This document shows, one piece after another, positions 1-6,761 of a DNA stretch of 11,073 nt. The translations under genes and the position numbers were made by a program. The notes beneath the pieces were generated by a model, which was not told the origin of the DNA, ran no database searches, and saw only the letters and a list, made by a program, of their open reading frames with translations. The stretch's first letter is position 1; the number at the start of each line of letters is the position of its first letter. This DNA is from Clostridium sp. CAG:594. Its GTDB lineage: Bacteria; Bacillota_I; Bacilli_A; RF39; UBA660. The stretch is from the NCBI GenBank assembly GCA_000434835.1, contig FR881490.1, positions 37,519-48,591 on the forward strand, read 5' to 3'.

Positions 1-745
1 AAGGCAAATAACTGCCGCCACTTCCTCCTGATGAACCATTATTTTTATGAGAATATTTTCTATTTAAACAAGATGTTTGAGTTTCGCTATCCTTACAACC
101 TAATCCCTCAAGATATTTAATTGTATTTTTCATCTCTTTAATAGATTCTTCTTGTGAGTGACCTTCTTCATTTAAAGAAGTCTTTGTTTCGTTTAACTTA
201 GCTACTTGTGTATTAAGGTCAGATTGTAGTGAAGCAAGTTCATCTTTTTTACTAGCTAACTCGGTTTTTATTTTATCATTTTCCTTAATCATACTATTCA
301 TTTCTTCTACTACTTTTTTATTATAGTTAGAAATTTGTTCAGTAATAGATAAACGATAAATTAAATCTGTCAAACTTTCTGCACCCATTATGTATTCAAG
401 CATTGATGACCCAGAAGATGAAACCTGATAATAACGCATCAAATCTTTTGTTTCATTATTCTTTTTATCTATGTCTTTTTCTAGTTGCTCACTTTCTTTA
501 GTTTTCTTATCTATATCATTATTTATTTTTTCCATTTGAGAATAAATTGAATTAATTCTACTATTGGTATTATCTATGTCTTTTTGGTTTTGAGCTTTCT
601 TATTGTTTGTATCTTCTAATTGTTTTTGAATTTTATTTAGTTCAGTTTTCCATTGTCCTAATGTTTTTTCCTTTGCATTTACTGTTGTAATTGGTATTAA
701 AAATAATATAAATAGTAATAAACTATATTTTAATATTTTCTTCAT
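1..745 (-). CDS. Secreted coiled-coil protein: N-terminal part of a PcsB/CwlO/EnvC-like FtsEX-associated peptidoglycan-hydrolase or activator. Partial, the 3' end lies beyond the window start.
   Basis: Not in the ORF track because no stop lies in the window. Manual translation from the ATG at 745-743 stays open to position 2: MKKILKYSLLLFILFLIPITTVNA|KEKTLGQWKTELNKIQKQLEDTNNKK...LMRYYQVSSSGSSMLEYIMGAESLTDLIYRLSITEQISNYNKKVVEEM...GSSGGSGGSYLP. It has a signal peptide, long K/E/N/Q-rich heptad-like segments, and the 'sss..ldyilgaeSltDli.R' motif typical of PcsB/CwlO N-terminal domains. The start overlaps the ftsX stop (TAATG). Confidence 0.6.
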   Translation of the reverse strand, partial: MKKILKYSLLLFILFLIPITTVNAKEKTLGQWKTELNKIQKQLEDTNNKKAQNQKDIDNTNSRINSIYSQMEKINNDIDKKTKESEQLEKDIDKKNNETKDLMRYYQVSSSGSSMLEYIMGAESLTDLIYRLSITEQISNYNKKVVEEMNSMIKENDKIKTELASKKDELASLQSDLNTQVAKLNETKTSLNEEGHSQEESIKEMKNTIKYLEGLGCKDSETQTSCLNRKYSHKNNGSSGGSGGSYLP

Positions 746-1668
746 TATATCTTTAAGTACTTCCTTACTGCTCTATAACTACCAAACATACCAACAACAA
801 CACCTAATCCTAACAATATTAATGATACCCAGTATATAAATGGTTCTGCTGGAACTAATTTAACAAATGGTGAGAATAATTGTCCATTAAAATGTTTATA
901 TAATGCTGAGTACCCATATAAAGTTGCAGCGATAGGTATTAATGCTCCTATAAATCCTAAGCAAAATCCTTCAATTACAAATGGTTGCTTAATTGAGAAG
1001 TTAGATGCTCCAACAAGTCTCATTATTTCTATTTCTCTTTTTCTTGAGAAGATAGTTATTTTAATTGTGTTAGTAATTAAGAATAAGGTTACAAATACTA
1101 ATGCTATCATTGCAATTATCATTGCTTTTTCTAAAACTTTAAATACTTTAAGAAGGTTTTCTACCATTCCTTGTCCATATCTTACGTCTTTAACTAATCC
1201 TAATTCTTTAACTTGCTCTGCGGTTTTTGATATTTTTTCAGTATCTTTAACTTTAACTAGTAACGTATCATATAAAGGATTAGTATCATCTGACCAACTA
1301 TCTATAATTGCAGAAAGTGATTCAGAAGTATCTTTCATTTCATCTGCTATTTGTGTTTTAGTTTGATGTTCAACAGATTCCACGTTTTTATATGATTCTA
1401 TGTTTTTCTTTAAATCTTCTATTTGTTCATTTGTTGCACTTGTATCGATAAATGTTACTATCGTAAAGTCTTCTTTGACTAACTTAGTCATATTTTCTAC
1501 GTTATATGATGCTATTAGCGCTATTCCTACTATTAGTAATGTAATTGTAATACACGAGATAGATGCAATTGATAAGCTCAAGTTTCTTCCTACGCTTTTA
1601 AATCCATCCCTTATGTTTCTTCCAAGTATTCTAATTGCTTTCATAATGAGTATAACTTCCTTTCTCAT
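745..1668 (-). CDS. ftsX: Cell-division ABC transporter permease-like protein FtsX
   Basis: The layout is one N-terminal TM segment, a large extracytoplasmic domain, then three C-terminal TM segments (FtsX/MacB type). It sits immediately downstream of ftsE and overlaps it. The true start may be the second Met ([17 protein letters not shown] at 1644), which follows GAAAGGAAG. Confidence 0.85.
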   Translation of the reverse strand: MRKEVILIMKAIRILGRNIRDGFKSVGRNLSLSIASISCITITLLIVGIALIASYNVENMTKLVKEDFTIVTFIDTSATNEQIEDLKKNIESYKNVESVEHQTKTQIADEMKDTSESLSAIIDSWSDDTNPLYDTLLVKVKDTEKISKTAEQVKELGLVKDVRYGQGMVENLLKVFKVLEKAMIIAMIALVFVTLFLITNTIKITIFSRKREIEIMRLVGASNFSIKQPFVIEGFCLGFIGALIPIAATLYGYSALYKHFNGQLFSPFVKLVPAEPFIYWVSLILLGLGVVVGMFGSYRAVRKYLKI

Positions 1669-2329
1669 AATCTTTTACAAGTTTTCCATTGTCTAATAAA
1701 ACGACTCTTTTCTTCATCTTATTAACCATTTCTCTATCATGAGTAGCCATTACAACGGTAGTACCTAAATCGTTAATTTTTTCAATTACTTTCATAACTT
1801 CTAAACTTGTATCTGGATCTAGGTTACCTGTTGGTTCATCACAAATCAAAAGTTTTGGAGAATTAACTATTGCACGCGCTATTGCAACACGTTGTTGTTC
1901 ACCACCTGACAATTGGTTTGGATAACTCTTGGTTTTTGATTTTAAACCAACTAAATCAAGAGCCTTTAATACTTTTCTTTTTACCTCATTAGTTGGAAGA
2001 CCATATATTTCAAGTGCAAAAGCTACGTTTTCATATACGGTTAGTTTTGGCAATAATTTATAATCTTGAAACACTATTCCAATTTTTCTTCTTAATTTAT
2101 AAACCTTATTATTTTTTACTTTAGCAACGTTTATACCACCAACATAAATTTCTCCATTAGTTGGTCTTTCTTCACGATATAGCATTTTTATAAGGGTAGA
2201 TTTCCCTGAACCTGACGCCCCTATTACGAATACGAACTCACCTTTTTTTATATCAAGGTTCATATCATATACAGCGTTTACACCATTTTTGTATGTTTTT
2301 TCAACATTTCTAAACTTAATAAATTCCAT
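1631..2329 (-). CDS. ftsE: Cell-division ATP-binding protein FtsE (ABC ATPase)
   Basis: Walker [13 protein letters not shown] signature LSGGEQQRV, Walker [13 protein letters not shown], and H-loop ATHD. It is 232 aa and paired with ftsX. The SD AAAGGAAGGTG lies 7 nt upstream of the ATG. Confidence 0.9.
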   Translation of the reverse strand: MEFIKFRNVEKTYKNGVNAVYDMNLDIKKGEFVFVIGASGSGKSTLIKMLYREERPTNGEIYVGGINVAKVKNNKVYKLRRKIGIVFQDYKLLPKLTVYENVAFALEIYGLPTNEVKRKVLKALDLVGLKSKTKSYPNQLSGGEQQRVAIARAIVNSPKLLICDEPTGNLDPDTSLEVMKVIEKINDLGTTVVMATHDREMVNKMKKRVVLLDNGKLVKDYEKGSYTHYESN

Positions 2330-2359
2330 ATTACTGCACCTTCCTTTAATTCTTTTTTA

Positions 2360-3265
2360 TTAGATAATACTTGTATTACCTGTGTATATACCAGATGTTT
2401 GATATGCATCTGTTACTAATATTACTGCTTTTGGATCAATTTGTGTTACTCCACTTTTTAGCTCAAAGTAATCACCAGTTGGAACAACACACATTATTAA
2501 TTGATCTTTTTTATTTGTATAACCACCTCTTGTTTCAATTAACGTTATACCTAAATTTAATTCATTTAACAAATAGTCACAGACTAAGTCATCTTCTTTT
2601 GTTGTAATATAAACAGCTTTATTACTAGATATTCCAATTACTACTTTATCAACCATAATATTAATTAAATATAATACTATCAATGCATAAAGTACCCTTG
2701 TCCATCCGAAGAAGAAGCCACCTGCTAAAACAATAAGTCCATCAGTCATTAGCATAGAAGTTCCAATTGAAACTTTAAAATATCTTGCTACTATTTGATT
2801 TAATATATCAGTTCCACCAGTTGTAAATCCACTTTTAAATATAATACCAGATGCAGTACCTACGCACACACCGCCTACTATTGATATTAAAAGTAAATTA
2901 TCGTTTGAAATATGAATATAATCTCCTATATTTGCCGTAAATTTAACAAATAGTGGGAATAAAACTGAACCTACAACCGAGTCTAGAGTTTTTCTTTTTC
3001 CTAATAATAACAAACTTAAAATTAGGAAAAAGACGTTTAAGATAAGTATCATAACAGAAGGATCTATTATCTTTTGGGTAATTATTGATATACCACTTGC
3101 ACCACCATATACTATATTATTTTTAAAAAAGAATAAATTATATGCTGCTGCATAAATTGCGGTACCAATAATTAGAAATACATATTTTTTAAAGAGGTTT
3201 GCCTTTTCTATCATCGCTAATACTTTAGAATCTTTTTTACTTCTAATTTTTCTTATTAGTCTCAT
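2360..3265 (-). CDS. YitT-family integral membrane protein (with a DUF2179-type C-terminal domain)
   Basis: Multi-TM N-terminal region with GGASGISII and GGTDIL motifs, followed by a soluble C-terminal domain (ITLIETRGGYT...VVPTGDYFELK), as in the YitT/YpjC/YqfU family. The SD AAGGAG lies 9 nt upstream of the ATG at 3265. The start overlaps the prfB 3' end by 23 nt. Confidence 0.75.
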   Translation of the reverse strand: MRLIRKIRSKKDSKVLAMIEKANLFKKYVFLIIGTAIYAAAYNLFFFKNNIVYGGASGISIITQKIIDPSVMILILNVFFLILSLLLLGKRKTLDSVVGSVLFPLFVKFTANIGDYIHISNDNLLLISIVGGVCVGTASGIIFKSGFTTGGTDILNQIVARYFKVSIGTSMLMTDGLIVLAGGFFFGWTRVLYALIVLYLINIMVDKVVIGISSNKAVYITTKEDDLVCDYLLNELNLGITLIETRGGYTNKKDQLIMCVVPTGDYFELKSGVTQIDPKAVILVTDAYQTSGIYTGNTSII

Positions 3266-4359
3266 TTATTTTTTCTCCTTTTAAATTACTTTCTATAAAT
3301 CCGTCTAAATTACCATCTAAAACTTTATTAACATTAGATGTTTCGTAACCTGTTCTATGGTCTTTTATCATTGAGTATGGATGAAGTACATAACTTCTTA
3401 TTTGCGATCCAAATTCTATTCCACTATGGTCACTTTTCATAGAATCTATTTTTTCTTTTCTCATTTTTAGTTCTATTTGATAAAGCTTACTTTTTAAAAC
3501 TTTAAGTGCTGTTTCTTTATTTTTTATCTGACTTCGTTCGTTTTGACAAGTAACTACTATTCCGGTTGGTATATGAGTTACCCTAACAGCAGAATCAGTT
3601 GTATTTACTCCTTGTCCTCCAGCGCCACTACTTCTATATACGTCTATTCTAACGTCGGAATCTTTTATTTCTATATCTATATCATCGTCAAATTCTGGTA
3701 TAACATCAACGGCTGCAAAAGAAGTATGACGTCTGTTATTTGAGTCAAACGGAGATAATCTAACTAGCCTATGAACGCCTTTTTCATTTTTTAAGTACCC
3801 GTAAGCATATGCTCCTTTTACAATATACACAATACTTTTTATTCCGGCCTCTTCGCCTTCTTGCTCATCTATTACTTCATATGAATAATTTTTTTTATCA
3901 AAATATTTTGTGTACATTCTAGAAAGCATCATTGTCCAATCACAGCTTTCTGTACCACCTGCCCCGGCGTGTATTTCAAAAATGGCGGCATTATTATCAA
4001 ATTTTCCAGATAAATATGTAAGAGTTTCTTGCTTTTCTAACTCTATAGTAGAATCTTCATATAATTTTTCAAATTCTTCTTTTAAAGTAGAATCTAAGGT
4101 ATTTTCATCAAACTCTTTAAACTGATTTAAAGTATCTATATTTTCTTTCAACTTAATAATAGGGTTAATAATCTCATTTAATTCACTCATTTTTTTAGTT
4201 AGTTTTTCTGCATTCTTACTATCATCCCAAATATTTGGTTCTGATAATTTCTTATTTAATTTTTTTATCTCTTTTTGCTTTTCATCTGCCTCAAAGAGAC
4301 CTCCATATTTGATTAAACTTGCTATTTAATATTTCTATATCTTTATTTGTAATTTCCAT
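3243..4359 (-). CDS. prfB: Peptide chain release factor 2, expressed through a programmed +1 ribosomal frameshift
   Basis: GGQ motif (SGAGGQGVNTTDSAVR) and the RF2-specific SPF tripeptide (RLSPFD). The ORF track starts at an internal Met (4190). The real gene starts at the ATG at 4359-4357 (MEITNKDIEILNSKFNQIWRSL) and meets an in-frame TGA at 4293-4291. Reading continues in the +1 frame from GAG at 4292-4290 (EADEKQKEIKKLNKKLSEPNIWDD...), which is in frame with the annotated ORF. The product is about 371 aa. Confidence 0.93.
4291..4304 (-). promoter_or_regulatory. prfB autoregulatory +1 frameshift site (internal SD-like GGAGG, then TCT CTT TGA G)
   Basis: The minus strand reads tatGGAGGtctCTTTGAgg. 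This has the canonical RF2 architecture: an SD-like element 3 nt upstream of the slippery CTT codon, followed by TGA. Confidence 0.9.
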
Positions 4360-4376
4360 ATAATCACCTATAATAT

Positions 4377-4385
4377 AGTATAACA
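4377..4385 (-). promoter_or_regulatory. Candidate extended -10 element (TGtTATACT) upstream of prfB
   Basis: The minus strand reads gTGtTATACTatattatAGGTGAttatATG. The -10 sits only about 7 nt from the SD, so the leader would be very short. No clear -35 is visible. Confidence 0.3.
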
Positions 4386-4565
4386 CATTTTTTTTCTTAT
4401 TTAAATCCATTACAAAAAAAACACAGTATTTTTTAACATTTTAAATTCTATTAAAATTTTTAAACCTTTAATACATAAAAAATATAAATAAATTATAACC
4501 AACGAAAATTTCTTTTAAAACATCTAGAATATGAAATTATATTTTTTTAAGAAAAATTATCATAA

Positions 4566-5840
4566 TTAAATTTGACCATTATATTTATACAATTTTTTTA
4601 CTATTGGTGAATATTCTACTTTGGATAAATCTTTTTCTTTTTTATAAGAAATATACTTTGTTAGATACATACTTTGAACAAGCATTTGATAATCATCTAA
4701 TATTTGGTCTTCAAATTTGGAATCAATAGTGATAATTCTACTATAATATTTTTTCAATTCTTCTAGCATGATTCTGTCAAATTCAGTATTTCTATTATAA
4801 TAAATAGCTACATTATTATAATTAATAGCAAGTGTACTCCTACCATGACAATAAGAATATTTATCATGAACTATTGGTATTCCAATTCCGGATTCAACCA
4901 TAGTTGATTCTAAATATTTTGATGCCACACTTGTATCGTAACCACTAAATATTTCGTATATATCACTTTCTAAATCAAATTCAAATGATGATTCTTCTAT
5001 ACAATCTAATATCAAATCTTTTTGTCCATTTAAATAATAGTCCATCAATATGCTTACCGGAATTAATGTAGCACCAACAGAAATAAAACTATTTTCTTTT
5101 GGAATATTAGTATTATATTTTAAATAAGTTACATCACTATCATTAAAAGAGTTGTTGGACAATAGATATTTTTTTAACTGATTTTCAAAAGATAATTCAA
5201 CTCCGTAATTATTTCCGCTGTAACTACACGATATAACATTTTTAAATGCTTTATTATTTTGATATAAGAAGTCTCTTGGCTCACTATTTATTGAAACTAT
5301 ACCGTTTTTAGCATTAATAACCTTTGCTCCAAATTCACTAACCACACTTGAGCCTCCAACACCACTAAATAATGTTGGACCACTTAATTTAGATAATTCT
5401 TTTCTAATAAATTTCAAATCAGTAGATTCTAATGAATCAATAACTCTTTCTTTTAAAATATCAAAATTAACTTGCATATTTTTTTGATAATATTTTTTGA
5501 ATTGATTATAGTCTATTACTGGCACATTATCATCTTTTTCACCAATTTTACAACAGTAACAATCTCCGTTATCAAAAATTTCATAAAATTTTTCATTGTA
5601 TTTTAGCAAATAACAAAATGTATTTTTAAATGTAATTCCATTTTTAAATCCATATTTATTAATTTGATCAAACAAAGTTGATATATAACCAATAAAAATA
5701 AGGTCTTTTTCACTTAAAAATTCTCTACCGTTGTGCAGAAAATAGCAATCGTCAAATTCCCCATATTGTTCAATAAAAATATTAATCCAATTAATATATT
5801 CATCATTTAATATCAGTTTTATAAATTTTTTATTTTCCAT
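4566..5840 (-). CDS. Uncharacterised 424-aa protein: an unrecognised N-terminal domain (about aa 1-145) fused to a putative tandem SIS-type phosphosugar-binding/isomerase fold (about aa 146-424)
   Basis: The long ORF has the SD AAAGGAG 7 nt upstream of its ATG. Motif-level resemblance to SIS proteins: SGVGGSSVVSEFGAKVI (compare GxGGS..A), ISCSYSGNNYGVE (compare S-Y/Q-SGNT/ET-xE), and IFSGYDTSVASKYLESTMVESGIGIPIVHDKYSYCHGRSTLAI (compare the second SIS subdomain G.G....A.EgaLK.kE.....a.....e.kHGp.ali of GlmS/AgaS/FrlB). I recognise nothing in the N-terminal domain, which includes DCYFLHNGREF and a CYCC cluster. No signal peptide or TM segment is present. Confidence 0.45.
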   Translation of the reverse strand: MENKKFIKLILNDEYINWINIFIEQYGEFDDCYFLHNGREFLSEKDLIFIGYISTLFDQINKYGFKNGITFKNTFCYLLKYNEKFYEIFDNGDCYCCKIGEKDDNVPVIDYNQFKKYYQKNMQVNFDILKERVIDSLESTDLKFIRKELSKLSGPTLFSGVGGSSVVSEFGAKVINAKNGIVSINSEPRDFLYQNNKAFKNVISCSYSGNNYGVELSFENQLKKYLLSNNSFNDSDVTYLKYNTNIPKENSFISVGATLIPVSILMDYYLNGQKDLILDCIEESSFEFDLESDIYEIFSGYDTSVASKYLESTMVESGIGIPIVHDKYSYCHGRSTLAINYNNVAIYYNRNTEFDRIMLEELKKYYSRIITIDSKFEDQILDDYQMLVQSMYLTKYISYKKEKDLSKVEYSPIVKKLYKYNGQI

Positions 5841-5847
5841 AATAATT

Positions 5848-5879
5848 CTCCTTTTAAGTTAACTATAACTTAAAAGGAG
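5848..5879 (-). promoter_or_regulatory. Perfect palindrome (14-bp arms, 4-nt spacer) containing the SD of the 424-aa gene. It could be an operator or an RBS-sequestering hairpin.
   Basis: The minus strand reads CTCCTTTTAAGTTA-tagt-TAACTTAAAAGGAG, followed by aattatt and the ATG (5840). Arms are 5866-5879 and 5848-5861. The element takes up most of the 51-nt gap between the WYL gene stop and the 424-aa gene start. Confidence 0.6.
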
Positions 5880-5891
5880 GCAATATTTCGT

Positions 5892-6494
5892 CTACTCATA
5901 TTTTTCATCTAATAATTCACAATTTATTATTCTTTTCAATTCAAAATGTCTAATATCTTGTCTCATTTCACAAAATGCTGCACAGTACCAACCATTTTGA
6001 AACAAAAACATTTCAGCAGGATATATAATTCTTTGATTTTCACCCTTACCATAAGAATAATACAATAATTTAACTTTTCTTTTTTCTTTTATGGCTCTTG
6101 TTAACAAATTGTATTTTTTTCCAGTTTCTTCTTTTAAATTTAACTCTTTTTCTTCTTGTTTGCTCCCTATATAAACCCCTTTTATTTTATCTTGAAGCAT
6201 AATTAATTCTTCTTTTATCTTCTTATCTTTTTCTTTTAATATATATTTATCTAATAATTTTGCATCTTTTAATTTAAATTTTCTAATTGGCATACGAATC
6301 TGCTGATTTAATACATATCCTCCATATGGTCCCATAATTGTATCTATATAAATCCCTGCTTTTTCTAAATCTTCTTTATAAACTCTAATCATCCTTTCTG
6401 ATACTTCAAGCTCATTAGAAAGTTCATTAATACTATATTTTTTTCCGTATTGTAACAATTCTAACATTGTTATAACATTAGATACTTTAGACAT
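5892..6494 (-). CDS. HTH-WYL domain transcriptional regulator (short form, no C-terminal extension)
   Basis: The N-terminal winged-HTH of the HTH_11/DeoR-like type reads VITMLELLQYGKKYSINELSNELEVSERMIRVYKEDLEKAGIYIDTIMGPYGGYVL. The C-terminal WYL-type beta-barrel motif reads RKVKLLYYSYGKGENQRIIYPAEMFLFQNGWYCAAFCEMRQDIRHFELKRI. I prefer the start at the second ATG (6494, MSKVSNV...), which has the SD AGGTGG 4 nt upstream. The ORF-track ATG at 6512 lies inside a TATAAT box. Confidence 0.75.
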   Translation of the reverse strand: MSKVSNVITMLELLQYGKKYSINELSNELEVSERMIRVYKEDLEKAGIYIDTIMGPYGGYVLNQQIRMPIRKFKLKDAKLLDKYILKEKDKKIKEELIMLQDKIKGVYIGSKQEEKELNLKEETGKKYNLLTRAIKEKRKVKLLYYSYGKGENQRIIYPAEMFLFQNGWYCAAFCEMRQDIRHFELKRIINCELLDEKYE

Positions 6495-6510
6495 AAAACC
6501 ACCTACATTC

Positions 6511-6519
6511 ATTATATCA
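6511..6519 (-). promoter_or_regulatory. Candidate extended -10 element (TGaTATAAT) for the WYL-regulator operon
   Basis: The minus strand reads tttatGAtATAATgaatgtAGGTGGttttATG. There is no good -35. The leader would be extremely short, so this is tentative. Confidence 0.35.
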
Positions 6520-6525
6520 TAAATT

Positions 6526-6553
6526 AAAAAAAGACTAAGAATAAATCTTAGCC
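6526..6553 (-). terminator. Weak intrinsic terminator immediately upstream of the WYL-operon promoter
   Basis: The minus strand reads GGCTAAG-atttatt-CTTAGTC, followed by TTTTTTT. The stem is 7 bp with one G-U pair. Confidence 0.4.
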
Positions 6554-6673
6554 TCTTATTACATCAGATAGTAATTAATATTAATTTTTAAATAATTTTT
6601 TATTGAAACATTGCAAGTTTTTATTCAACAACTTATCTAAGACAAAGGCCATGCCTAAAATTACCTGATCACA

Positions 6674-6710
6674 GAAAAACCCGCAATCCCTTATTTCATG
6701 CGGATTTGCG
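6674..6710 (-). terminator. Orphan intrinsic terminator following the SEC-C remnant
   Basis: The minus strand reads CGCAAATCC-gcatgaaataag-GGATTGCG, followed by GGTTTTTCTG. The stem is 8 bp with a one-base bulge. It begins 4 nt after the remnant's TAA stop. Confidence 0.5.
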
Positions 6711-6713
6711 AGT

Positions 6714-6761
6714 TTATTTACCACAACATTGCTTATATTTTTTACCACTGCTACATGGATA
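6714..6761 (-). pseudogene. Orphan SEC-C zinc-binding motif remnant, a fossil 3' end of secA or of another SEC-C protein
   Basis: The minus strand encodes YPCSSGKKYKQCCGK followed by TAA, and is preceded by an in-frame TAG. The live SecA tail is MCPCGSGKKYKQCCGK followed by TAG (8062-8109). The two share 37 of 45 nt, with most differences at synonymous positions. Upstream in the same frame (up to about 6830) is a decayed Lys-rich stretch with stops: PSAKKCEFKGKNATK*SQVIAK*. Confidence 0.7.
6715..6731. repeat. 17-bp exact direct repeat, left copy (tatttaccacaacattg), shared with the secA 3' end
   Basis: Identical to 8063-8079. Both copies encode QCCGK plus part of the stop codon on the minus strand. 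Confidence 0.85.

Noticed and set aside
1067-1696. Plus-strand ORFs 1067-1366 and 1400-1696 (99 and 98 aa)
   Set aside because: They lie entirely antisense to ftsX. Their low-complexity I/L/F/S/N-rich translations are typical of shadow frames in AT-rich DNA, and they have no SD or promoter context.
2371-4125. Plus-strand ORFs 2371-2607, 3543-3743 and 3910-4125
   Set aside because: They are antisense shadows of the YitT-family gene and prfB, and their composition-driven sequences carry no motifs.
4291-4293. The in-frame TGA in prfB as evidence for genetic code 4 (TGA=Trp) in a very AT-rich genome
   Set aside because: The sequence context is the canonical RF2 frameshift cassette, RF2 itself (which decodes TGA) is encoded here, and the Trp codons checked (the TGG before the prfB frameshift site and in the PcsB-like N-terminus) are TGG.
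4360-4565. The long, very AT-rich spacer between the 424-aa gene and prfB as a possible sRNA, att site or repeat region
   Set aside because: I found only low-complexity A/T runs, with no stable hairpin, no significant direct or inverted repeat with the other islet boundary (6520-6680), and no conserved-looking structure. It most likely just holds the prfB promoter.
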